64,000 nucleotides of DNA from Verrucomicrobiota bacterium (GTDB taxonomy: Bacteria > Verrucomicrobiota > Verrucomicrobiia > Opitutales > Cerasicoccaceae). Made by a program: the position numbers and the translations under genes. The stretch covers positions 32,001 to 96,000 of the forward strand of contig JBCBUK010000011.1 of NCBI GenBank assembly GCA_039818205.1, in the 5' to 3' direction. Shown here piece after piece: positions 26,930 through 36,200 of the stretch (its first letter is position 1; every line of letters begins with the position of its first letter). The notes under the pieces are model-generated. The model had not been told where the DNA came from. It saw only the letters and a list, made by a program, of their open reading frames with translations, and searched no databases.

Positions 26930-27742
26930 ATGAATACACCAATTAGACTCGAAGACGCTAGGGAATGGAACGTGGTAGTCTGCATGGGACAAAGCCTCAT
27001 GAACGGCCCGGGCATTCAGTCCTACGCAGCCGTTGACCGAGGCAATGATCATCGATTGATTGAATTAACCAACGGCAAGCAGAATGGTGTGTATACGTTT
27101 GCCGAGCGCATGAACTCAACGGGCTTTCCCGATGACTACAATTTTGGGCTCAACGTCAGTGCAGGGCGGCAACTAGCAAAGCGCGGCTTGCGCAATCTCG
27201 TAACACTCAAACACGCCGTTGGGGGCCATTCAATCACCGCCTTTATTCCCGAGGGAGATAGGCTGGAGCCGATACCTGGCGGGCAGGCTGATCAAAGTGA
27301 GCGGGCGGTGGAAGGCTTTGAAGACGCGTTTAAGCGTCTCGGCCAGTTCGGTGCGACGGTCAATTTTCTTGGATTCATCTGGTTTCAGGGTTCGAGTGAT
27401 CGAAGCGATGCGAACCTCTACAATAACTACCAAGCGCATCTGACGAGCTTGCTTAGCCATTACCGAACGAACGTATCGCTGGCAGACGGCAACACACCCT
27501 GGCTGATTGGGCGAAGTCCGAATTGGCAAGCACCTAGCGCACCCGCCGGTGGTTTGCTTACAGTTCGAAATGCACAAGAAGCCGTAGGCGCTGCCGATGC
27601 TAACGCCGTGACCGTCTCAATCGATGATCCGCTAGGAGTAGCGATCACCTATTCCGACGGAACTCACCCAGAGCCAGCTTCATCGGAACGCATCGGCGTG
27701 GTATTGGGTAACGCTTTTTATGACTTATTTGTGGTTTCTTAA
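26930..27742 (+). CDS. SGNH-family carbohydrate O-acetylesterase (SASA-like)
   Basis: GQS (catalytic Ser), KHAVGG, FIWFQGSSD, DGTHP (Asp-His). Confidence 0.85.
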   Translation: MNTPIRLEDAREWNVVVCMGQSLMNGPGIQSYAAVDRGNDHRLIELTNGKQNGVYTFAERMNSTGFPDDYNFGLNVSAGRQLAKRGLRNLVTLKHAVGGHSITAFIPEGDRLEPIPGGQADQSERAVEGFEDAFKRLGQFGATVNFLGFIWFQGSSDRSDANLYNNYQAHLTSLLSHYRTNVSLADGNTPWLIGRSPNWQAPSAPAGGLLTVRNAQEAVGAADANAVTVSIDDPLGVAITYSDGTHPEPASSERIGVVLGNAFYDLFVVS

Positions 27743-27751
27743 TTCTAACCT

Positions 27752-29386
27752 ATGATCGTTGAGGAACAGGGCTTTTTCGGTATTAACAGCCGGGTCGATG
27801 CGCGCCTGTTGCCGGAAGGTATTGGCCAAGCCGCAACGAACGTTCGTCTTGAGCGTTTTCGGGTGCGCATGCGCGGCGGCCTGCAGCCACCTGGCCCAGT
27901 TCCAACCTATATCACAGAAAAGCTTCTTGGCGCGGCCGTGTTTTCGGACCCTGGCAATACCGAATGGATTGTTCTAATCATGCCTAGCCGTTCGTGGGCA
28001 TGGAAGCAAGGCACGCAAGTCGGCTTTGGAGAATTGCTCGATGAGGATGGCTCGCCCATCTTGGACGAGATTGGATCCGTTGTTCTGGATGAGAATTATC
28101 ACGAGCTTCTGTATCCGGATGGGTTTTCTCTGCAAGAGGATGAGCTTGTGAGTCTGACCCAGGCAAAGGGAAAGTTACTCCTCCATCGTGAAGGCCGTAC
28201 TACTTATGCCTGGACGGGCGATGCGACGGAAAGCTGGCAACCGGTCGACCATACCGAGCAAAGCGCCTTTCCTCAGAACATGCCCAGGGCGGCGTGGAGT
28301 ATCTATGCTCGCAATCGGCTGATCCTGCCTCGCCGTCGTGATGAAATTGGGATGAGCGATATCTTGGACCTCGATACATTTGGTCATGAGGGACGGTTCT
28401 ACGTCGACCAAGGCGGCTCAGATTGGATTGTTGGCGCGATTGATTGGCAGGAAGATGGCGTGATCGTCTTTAACCGCAAATCGATTCACCTGATCAGTGG
28501 TATCACCGACTTAACGAGTGCTCGTCGAGACATGGTAACCGATCAATACGGTGCCGTTGCCCGCAAGACTATTATTCGCGCCGGTCAGAAGATTATCTTC
28601 CTCAATGAGCAAGGCCTATTTGCCGTTTCTGAGTCGGAGCTGCTGAAGCTTCGGGGCACTGAGCAACCGCTATCGGAGCCGATCCAAGACCAGTTGGATC
28701 AGATCAATCTGCAAACCGCGGAGAATGCAGTCACCGCCTACCATGAGAACCGTTTGTATCTGGCATTTCCAGCTCGCAACAGTCCGAGGAATAACCGTCT
28801 AGCGATTTACTCGTTTTTGAACAAGCAATGGGAAAGCGTCGATACCTTCCCAGATGGGTTCTATTTGGACGATCTCATTGTTGCGCCCTATGGGCAAACA
28901 CGGCGACTGTTCGTGGTTAGCCGAGAGGGTGGACTTCACCTGATTGATGAACGTTCCGGCTCGGATGAGATCTTTGATTTGGCTACAGGCACGACTGCGA
29001 TCACACCTCATTCCGGAACCTTCAAGGTCCGGCGCATGCGTGGCGACTCCGACGAAGAGAAACGCCTAAAGAGCATCAAAGTAGGTGCTCAAGCAACCGT
29101 CGGTCCATCGGTCCAACTTCCCTTGACGCTTCCCGCGACCCTTTGGGGGAGTAGTGAAGCTGGAGTCTCGTTGACGGTAAATAGCTACCAGCCAGACAAG
29201 ACTCGGATCCACCCGACCCTAACACGCACAACCCAGGGAGATTGGGAAAAACGCTTTAAAGAGTTCGGCATGCGGGGGCATAGCTTTGATGTCGAGGTGC
29301 GACTGACCGGCGGCGACGTATCGCTGCAATACCTTAACTTAGAAATGAATCAACGTAGCGGCCAAGCCGCGACTCTGAAAGAATAG
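27752..29386 (+). CDS. Tail nozzle / tubular protein B-like
   Basis: F.GINSR...LP N-terminus; beta-propeller-like body; LSEPIQDQL; precedes the ejection genes. Confidence 0.7.
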   Translation: MIVEEQGFFGINSRVDARLLPEGIGQAATNVRLERFRVRMRGGLQPPGPVPTYITEKLLGAAVFSDPGNTEWIVLIMPSRSWAWKQGTQVGFGELLDEDGSPILDEIGSVVLDENYHELLYPDGFSLQEDELVSLTQAKGKLLLHREGRTTYAWTGDATESWQPVDHTEQSAFPQNMPRAAWSIYARNRLILPRRRDEIGMSDILDLDTFGHEGRFYVDQGGSDWIVGAIDWQEDGVIVFNRKSIHLISGITDLTSARRDMVTDQYGAVARKTIIRAGQKIIFLNEQGLFAVSESELLKLRGTEQPLSEPIQDQLDQINLQTAENAVTAYHENRLYLAFPARNSPRNNRLAIYSFLNKQWESVDTFPDGFYLDDLIVAPYGQTRRLFVVSREGGLHLIDERSGSDEIFDLATGTTAITPHSGTFKVRRMRGDSDEEKRLKSIKVGAQATVGPSVQLPLTLPATLWGSSEAGVSLTVNSYQPDKTRIHPTLTRTTQGDWEKRFKEFGMRGHSFDVEVRLTGGDVSLQYLNLEMNQRSGQAATLKE

Positions 29387-29388
29387 CA

Positions 29389-30399
29389 ATGGCGTCACTA
29401 CTTAGAGGATACACTTTCGAGAACGGCAAACAAGACGACCTGAATGCCGCCAATCTCCACCAGCTCGTAGAGTCTGCTGAGATCAGCAACATCACCAACG
29501 TTGATATCGATGCGAATGCGAACATTGCATCCAGCAAGCTAAGTCTTGATGTGATCAGCCAGGACGTGAATGTCCAAAGCAATGCTTTGGTTGTTCAACA
29601 GGGCGGTGTGGCGATGGGAGCTAGCTCGCTGACCAGCAGCGCCATCCTCGCTTTGAGTTCGACAGCTAAGGGTTTCTTACCGCCTGTTATGACAACCACT
29701 GAGCGCGATGCGATCAGCGTGCCCGTTGCGGGGTTGGTGGTTTTCAATAGCACCGTCAACCGGCTGCAAAGCTTCAACGGTACAACTTGGGACGACGCGA
29801 TCAGCGGGACCATCACCGATAGCGATGTTGAGGCCAATGCCGGTATTCTCGCCAGCAAGCTGAACCTTGCGAGCATCGATCAGGATGTGAACATTCGGAC
29901 GAATCAAATGGTTGTCAGTGGCTCCCAGGTTTCCATTGGCACCGCGAGCCCGGACAGTGATGCCGTTTTCCAAGTCGACAGTTCCAGTAAAGGCTGGCTT
30001 TGCCCACGCCTGACAACCTCTCAACGAACCGGAATCGCTAGCCCGATCGAGGGACTGAAGTGCTACGATACCGACCTGAATGCGGACTTCACCTACACGA
30101 CTTCCTGGCGTCAGCATGTTTACGCGGGTGAAATCGCCAATGCAGACATTGCCAGCGGGGCGGCGATCGCCAACACGAAGCTTGATCTTGCCTCGATCGC
30201 TCAAAACGTGGGCATGGCCGGAACCCTTGAGGTTGCTGGCGAGACACAGGTCTTTGTCCCTACCAGTGCGCCCGCAGACGGGAGCGTCAACGCCTCGCGG
30301 GTTATGTTCTGGGTGGACGAGGCCGGGCATACTTTAAACTTCAAAGTTAAATACAGCAATGGAACCACGGTTCGTAGTGGATCTGTTGCGCTAAGCTAG
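29389..30399 (+). CDS. Tail-associated repeat protein
   Basis: Three I.NAD....A.I..SKL repeats and two S..KG.L.P..TT..R..I..P..GL repeats. Confidence 0.7.
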   Translation: MASLLRGYTFENGKQDDLNAANLHQLVESAEISNITNVDIDANANIASSKLSLDVISQDVNVQSNALVVQQGGVAMGASSLTSSAILALSSTAKGFLPPVMTTTERDAISVPVAGLVVFNSTVNRLQSFNGTTWDDAISGTITDSDVEANAGILASKLNLASIDQDVNIRTNQMVVSGSQVSIGTASPDSDAVFQVDSSSKGWLCPRLTTSQRTGIASPIEGLKCYDTDLNADFTYTTSWRQHVYAGEIANADIASGAAIANTKLDLASIAQNVGMAGTLEVAGETQVFVPTSAPADGSVNASRVMFWVDEAGHTLNFKVKYSNGTTVRSGSVALS

Positions 30400-30407
30400 C
30401 TGATCAA

Positions 30408-30629
30408 ATGAAGACTTTTCTCCAACACCGCCAAGCGGAACTTGCGCAATTGCAAACCGACGCCAATGCGAAGATCGAGTCTCTTGAAAAGAGACTCCTG
30501 GCTCTCAGAGCCCAGGAGCGTGAACTGGCTGGTGCGCAGGCGATGGTCAACGAAATACTCGTTCATTGTGATTCTCCAGAGCTTAACCCTCAACTGATGA
30601 GGCCCGGTCAGCCGGAGCAAACGAAATAG
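30408..30629 (+). CDS. Small coiled-coil protein
   Basis: 73-aa heptad-rich ORF. Confidence 0.55.
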   Translation: MKTFLQHRQAELAQLQTDANAKIESLEKRLLALRAQERELAGAQAMVNEILVHCDSPELNPQLMRPGQPEQTK

Positions 30630-30631
30630 CG

Positions 30632-30952
30632 ATGAACCAACCTCGTCAGCAGATACTTACTCAATACCAAAAGCGCCATGGTCGCAAGATAGGCGCTCGT
30701 ATGGTCGACCGTTACCTGGATTGGGCGCGGCGTGATGGCTACGTGATCGATACCGCTCAAGTGTTTTTTGCGGCCGTTCGCAAACGCGATGAATGGCACG
30801 TCCTGTTTGCCTCTGGCAAGAACTCTTTGAAAGCCGGTATGGATGCGTGCCCACACCCAATGCCGCTGGTTTCATGGTACCGGTGTGTTCGTGGCGATAA
30901 CCGCCGCCGCATCATTAATTTCACCCGTCTCAAACGAATTTTGAACCCTTAG
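30632..30952 (+). CDS. Hypothetical protein preceding the ejection genes
   Basis: 106-aa ORF in a conserved podovirus position. Confidence 0.6.
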   Translation: MNQPRQQILTQYQKRHGRKIGARMVDRYLDWARRDGYVIDTAQVFFAAVRKRDEWHVLFASGKNSLKAGMDACPHPMPLVSWYRCVRGDNRRRIINFTRLKRILNP

Positions 30953-30964
30953 CCCATCAACGCG

Positions 30965-32362
30965 ATGTCGACTGAAATAGAAGCACCAGAAGCCCGCGAT
31001 CCTTACACTGAAAGTTTGGCTGCGCTCAATTCGCAAGTAAACTTGGCTCCACGACTGTTTGAGGCAGAATCAGAGTTTCGCCCGCAGTATGCTCAGCTCG
31101 ACCTTGGAATCCTTGAAGACGTGCTTCTCGGTCAACCGCAAGGCCAGGCTCAACTAAACTCTCAGCTAGAGGCCTTGGGGCCACGGCCGACTCTAGCCAA
31201 TCAAGGATTAGCGACTGCAGATCCGACATCGCTGATGATGAATGCGGTGAAGATCAAGCAGCTGCAACAGGACTTCGACGCGCAGGCGTCTGCATTGAAA
31301 GAACAGATCTCAACGACCTCTTCGAATCAGCGTGACGGTGGGTATCTGAGGCTGCTCGAACAAGTGCAGCAGCTGAACAAACCGATTCAGCAGGCGAGTG
31401 CCACGAATGAGATCGAGTTAGTCGAGGACCTTGGGCCTCGGGCAACGGAGGCGTTCCGCTCCGCTAATCCGAACATCGGCAACCTGCTTGCTCAGAGTGA
31501 TTCGCTCGCTCAGAACCAGCTCGGGCCCACGTTCGGCATGGAGAATTTCAACGAGCTATTGCCGGTCCTGACACAAGACGCTTTGGACGGTTTGGAAACC
31601 GGCGGCCGGTTGACCGACGATGAGCGTCGCGCGGCAACCCAAGATGCGCGCACCGCTTTCGAATCCCGAGGGAGGTCGGGCGATGTTGGCGCGGTCTTGG
31701 CTGAAATCGAGAACAATGAATTCGCTCGCCAGCGCCGCGAGGACCGTTCCCGGCGGTTTGCGACCGGCGTAGGTGGTTTGGCCCTTGCTGGATCTGGTAG
31801 TGAGCTGTCACAGCGCGGCTCCGACCTGGCGAATACGACGCAGGCAATCAACAATCAGGGCGCTTTCTCAACGGATCCGTTCCAGGTGATTCTTGGCCGT
31901 GCGAGCGGTGCACCCGGTCAAGCGGCTGGGGTCGCCAGCCAAGGCCAAGGGTTTAGCCAGACGAACCAACTCTTTGACCCGATGGCCTTCCAGGATCTCT
32001 TTGCTCAGAACTTCGCGCAGGCGAACACGAATGCACGGCAGGATGCCCAAGCTAGCAATGATCTACTCGGCGGTATCATCGGCGCGGCCGGTGGAATCGC
32101 TGGCGGTGCGCTCGCGATGTGTTGGGTCGCCCGTGCGGTCTACCGTGATCAGCGTTGGATGGTGTTCCGTGAATGGCTCCTGGAGCAAGCGCCCGAATGG
32201 CTCAAGCTCGCGTATCTGCGATTTGGTCCGGAGCTTGCGCGCGCGCTTCGTTCCCAGCCGGAGAAACGCGATACCATGAGACTCGTTTTGGATCGAGCAC
32301 AAGGCGGTGATCTAGCCGCGATGAACACCTTACATGAATCGCTGACGGAGTTTGCCCAATGA
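30965..32362 (+). CDS. Putative ejection protein with C-terminal CWVAR (CFI-box-like) domain
   Basis: Q/A/G-rich; Gly-rich hydrophobic segment followed by MCWVARAVY...FREWL...PEW...Y...G. Confidence 0.7.
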   Translation: MSTEIEAPEARDPYTESLAALNSQVNLAPRLFEAESEFRPQYAQLDLGILEDVLLGQPQGQAQLNSQLEALGPRPTLANQGLATADPTSLMMNAVKIKQLQQDFDAQASALKEQISTTSSNQRDGGYLRLLEQVQQLNKPIQQASATNEIELVEDLGPRATEAFRSANPNIGNLLAQSDSLAQNQLGPTFGMENFNELLPVLTQDALDGLETGGRLTDDERRAATQDARTAFESRGRSGDVGAVLAEIENNEFARQRREDRSRRFATGVGGLALAGSGSELSQRGSDLANTTQAINNQGAFSTDPFQVILGRASGAPGQAAGVASQGQGFSQTNQLFDPMAFQDLFAQNFAQANTNARQDAQASNDLLGGIIGAAGGIAGGALAMCWVARAVYRDQRWMVFREWLLEQAPEWLKLAYLRFGPELARALRSQPEKRDTMRLVLDRAQGGDLAAMNTLHESLTEFAQ

Positions 32363-33249
32363 GTTTAGGAGCTAATATTGCACAGGCGGGCCAGGCTATC
32401 GGCCAGGGTCTTTACCAAAGCGGCCAGCGCTCATCCGAGCGCAAACGGATGGAGACGATCTTGTTGGCTGCAGATCCAGACCGCTACGACAAGGATCGCT
32501 TGGCGGATTTGAGCTTCGGTCAAGTTCAGGGAGAGATTGATGGTGTGTTGGCCCGGACGATGCGTGCCCGCGAAGAGGCGGATGCTCGCAGCCAGCAACT
32601 CGAGATGCTTAAAAAACAACAGGACCTTTTGCTTGGCCGTCAGCGATTGGCTCAGGGCGAGGCATCCACTGCGCGAGCCCAACAAGATGGGACCGCATTG
32701 CGAAACGCCTTTGCCGGCCCAGTGGCTCCCGGCGGTAGAGCACAGACTTTTGTGCAAGGCGGTGGCTCCAATGCCAGCATGCTATCGGGGCTGTTGGACT
32801 TGGATCGCCGACAGACTCAGCCGAGCTTCGAGCCAGGTATCGTTGACGCCGCGACTCTCACAAATGATCCAGCGTTAGCCGAGGTCTTGGCGGGCACTCC
32901 GATTCTCCGGCAGAATAGTGGCCAGGTTACTCCGCTCAAGGTTGATCAGGGCGGCACCAACACCCGCCAACTTGAGCAGGTCTTCACTCAGTTGAGTTCA
33001 GAGCGAGCCAGTTTGCTGGGTGGTTTTGATAAATTTGGCAATCCATTGACGGATGAGCAACGCGCCGCCGCTCTTAGTCGAGTCGAGAATGCGCAGCTGG
33101 CTGCGCTTGGGGAACTTTCCAAAGTCGATTCGAAGCGCGCGGAGATGTTGCGGAAAGCAATCAGTCGTGACGGTGTCACAGCGCGCCCCGTGGCCAATGC
33201 GCCCCAACAAACTTTCGATCCAAGCAAGGCACCCGGTCTCAACTTCTAG
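32359..33249 (+). CDS. Putative ejection protein
   Basis: MSLGANIAQAGQAIGQGL N-terminus; helical; ATGA-coupled. Confidence 0.65.
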   Translation: MSLGANIAQAGQAIGQGLYQSGQRSSERKRMETILLAADPDRYDKDRLADLSFGQVQGEIDGVLARTMRAREEADARSQQLEMLKKQQDLLLGRQRLAQGEASTARAQQDGTALRNAFAGPVAPGGRAQTFVQGGGSNASMLSGLLDLDRRQTQPSFEPGIVDAATLTNDPALAEVLAGTPILRQNSGQVTPLKVDQGGTNTRQLEQVFTQLSSERASLLGGFDKFGNPLTDEQRAAALSRVENAQLAALGELSKVDSKRAEMLRKAISRDGVTARPVANAPQQTFDPSKAPGLNF

Positions 33250-33252
33250 CAA

Positions 33253-36200
33253 ATGAACAACGATAGCCAGTTTTCGGCGGAACCGGACCCGCTCAAACGG
33301 GCAGAACTGTTAGACCAATCATTTCGGCAAGCCTTCTCCAGTGATTCGCAGGTCGTTGCTTATTACCAAAGCTTGGACGACCAAGGGAAAGGGCAGTATG
33401 TTTCGCACCTAAGCGAACAGTTTAAGGCTAAGCATGCTGACGCCTTCCAGGTCGAGTTGGAACCCGCTCGAACTGAGACCCGCCAGATGCAGGGTCGTCT
33501 GATGTCCGGGACCAGCATTGAGGTAACCGTGCCCGCGAAAACGCGGCCGTTACTGAACATCGAAGCCGAGCGGTTTATCCAGGCCCTACCGAACCTGGAC
33601 CCAAGCAGCTTGGACGATGAAACCTTTGTCCAAACTATACCAGCCGTGCGTGGCTTTGCGGCGCAAGGTGTGATTTCGGATGAGGTCTCGGAGCGTTGGC
33701 GTCGGCAAGGGGAACATCGCATTGAAACGCGCAATGATAAGCTGCGTGAACAGCATGGGAAAGAGGTTACGCGCTTTGTTGGTCCTCTCGGAGAACCTGA
33801 AACCAAAGTGGTTCTCCCGTCTGGTATTGGGGCGCGCGATAGCATCGAAGGCACTGCGGCTAATGCAGGCGGCTCTGGCTTCCTCGAGCCATTTGCGCGG
33901 ATTGGGAGAAAGATTGTATCGGATCTCGACTCCTTGACTCCGACTCCGGATCCGGTTGCTGACTTTGCAAATTCGGCTAAGCCATTGAGAGAAGACGTCG
34001 ACCCGCTCGAGCGCGCCGTTCGTGGTGAGGTGATCGACGATTTCAATAGTCTGGGTGCGCTTTCAAATGCCCTTGCCTTGACCGTGTTTGGCAGCGGGCC
34101 TGTAGCGGCCGCCCGGAATTTAACGGTGCCGCAACGGGTAGGAGCCTTCGCAGGCGTTGACGTTGCCGCCAGTATTCCGAGTGCGCCTGATTTGCCAGGG
34201 TTCACGACAGAAGCACTTGGTGTCGATCGAGAGAGCTTGCTTGGCCAAACGTTAACGGTGGGGGAGAACGTGGCATTGGGAGCGTTGATCAATACGTTCC
34301 AGGAAGTTTCGGCGGCCCGACGTGCGAAACAACAGCTGGCCGATATGAACCGCGAACAAGCGATCGAGTTTCTGGCCGAGGAATTGGAGCAACCAAACAG
34401 CGCTATAGCGGAGGCGTTGGCCCAGGGCGAACAGCTCTCGACAACACGCAGCGGCAACCAAGCTCTCGATGAGTTGACCGACTTGAAAGCCTTGGTGAGC
34501 GGTGACGAGGCGGCTCAGGTGAGGTTGGCCGCAAAGGAAGAATTTGCTGAGCGGGTGGAACTCGGTCGCCAGCAGGCCGCCGCCGCTGCCGAACAGGCGC
34601 GTATCTCCGAGCGAGCAGCGAAGGAACGTATCGCTGAGCAAACGGAGGCGGCCGCGAAAGAAATTCCGGATCCGGAGCCTGAGATTACTCAGCTGAGCGA
34701 AGACCGTCTGACAGCAATGGCCGAGGAGGGTAACGCGGCCGCCGCGAATGAGATTGAGCGCCGGGCCCTCGAAGGTGATTTGTTTGATCCGGCCGAAGAA
34801 CTCCAGGCGGTGATCAAGGAACTCGGTGGCCTTCCCACAAGCAAGAACTTGCGTGAGATTGGAGACCCGCTTGCCGGTGACGTCGCGACCTTTGAACAGT
34901 CGGTGAACCGCGGCCAACGTATGCGCCTTTTCAATGCGGAAGCGCGCCAGCTCGATGACCTGCGCCTAGGCTTGGAGGAGCGGGGGTTCAGTTTTCAGAC
35001 GGTTGATGACCTTTTCGTAGCTCTCGATGATAGCCTTCGTGGCGTCCGGCGTTTCCCAGACTTTGGAAATCATGCAGACTTTGCTGCCGCTCCAAAATCC
35101 AATGATCCCGGCTCTTCTGGGGATGGTGGCAACGGTCTCAGTAGTCAAAGCAAACGGTTCGTCCAGGATTTCTTCAATCGTTTACGCAATGCGAATGCGG
35201 AGAAGTTCGACGCACTACAGCTAGACTTCCTGGACGATCAGCAATGGTCCCGCTTTGCCCGGCGCAATCCAATAATGAATGACACGAACGCAGTCTATGC
35301 TTTCGGTGCCGGTCGCATTTTGTTCAAGGCGAGTGACGAAGCACTCAAGGGCGACGGGGTGGTTGATTTTCTTGTTCATGAAAGTGGGCATTTTGCGCAT
35401 GACTTCATCCTTGGTGATGATTTTGTCCGGGAGCAGTGGGTGAAGTTGAGCCCGGAGAAGCGCCAACAAGCCTGGAAAGCCTATGCCGGGCAATCCGCAC
35501 CGAGCGTCGACGACAATTTGTTGATCAACGATCCGACAGCCCGCCGGGAATGGGCCGCGATGCAGTTTGCTCGGGTGGTTCGCGGAGAGAGTGAACAATT
35601 GATCTCGGAGGGCGTAGACCGTGGTTTGGTCGACAAATTACAAGCCTGGTTCGAGGAGATCCGCCAAATCGTAAGCCAGTTCATTGGCGATGCCAACCTA
35701 ACGACGGATGAACTCGATCGCGTGATCATCGATCGCTTGCGCTATGCAGATCCAGAAGCGCTGCCGAGTGATGCGCTCGTAAAAAAAGAGCGAGGTGCGT
35801 TCACCAGCCAGAAGAAGCACGAGACGCTTAGCAAGGTTGCCCAGGGTCACACGACTGCCAGCGAGCAACAGTTTTTCACTCCGATTCCCAACAAGGTTAC
35901 GATTGCCGAGGCTCGCGAGATCATCGAGCGGGACGGAATCGAGAAAACAAAGCAGCGGGTATTGAGTCCGCAGAGTAACCTGCAGCCACGTCAGCGCGCC
36001 GTTTTGACTGAGGCCTTGGTCAACTACTACGATCGAGCCTACCAGGCCGCACTTCGCGCCGGGGATCCAGCTGCTCAACAGTTGCTCGATGAATTTATCA
36101 CCCTTGAAAGCGCTTATGTGCAACTGGGCACTCAGCTGGCTCAGGGGTTGCAGGCGTTTTCATTGAAGGGACTAAACCTAGTCCCTGAGAAATGGGTTCG

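Noticed and set aside
23486..30399. Diversity-generating retroelement or invertible tail-fibre cassette
   Set aside because: I saw no reverse transcriptase, invertase or near-identical nucleotide repeat pair; the repeats are diverged protein-level repeats.
33363..34457. 364-aa minus-strand ORF
   Set aside because: Antisense shadow of the large ejection gene, with Ser/Arg-rich non-coding-frame composition.
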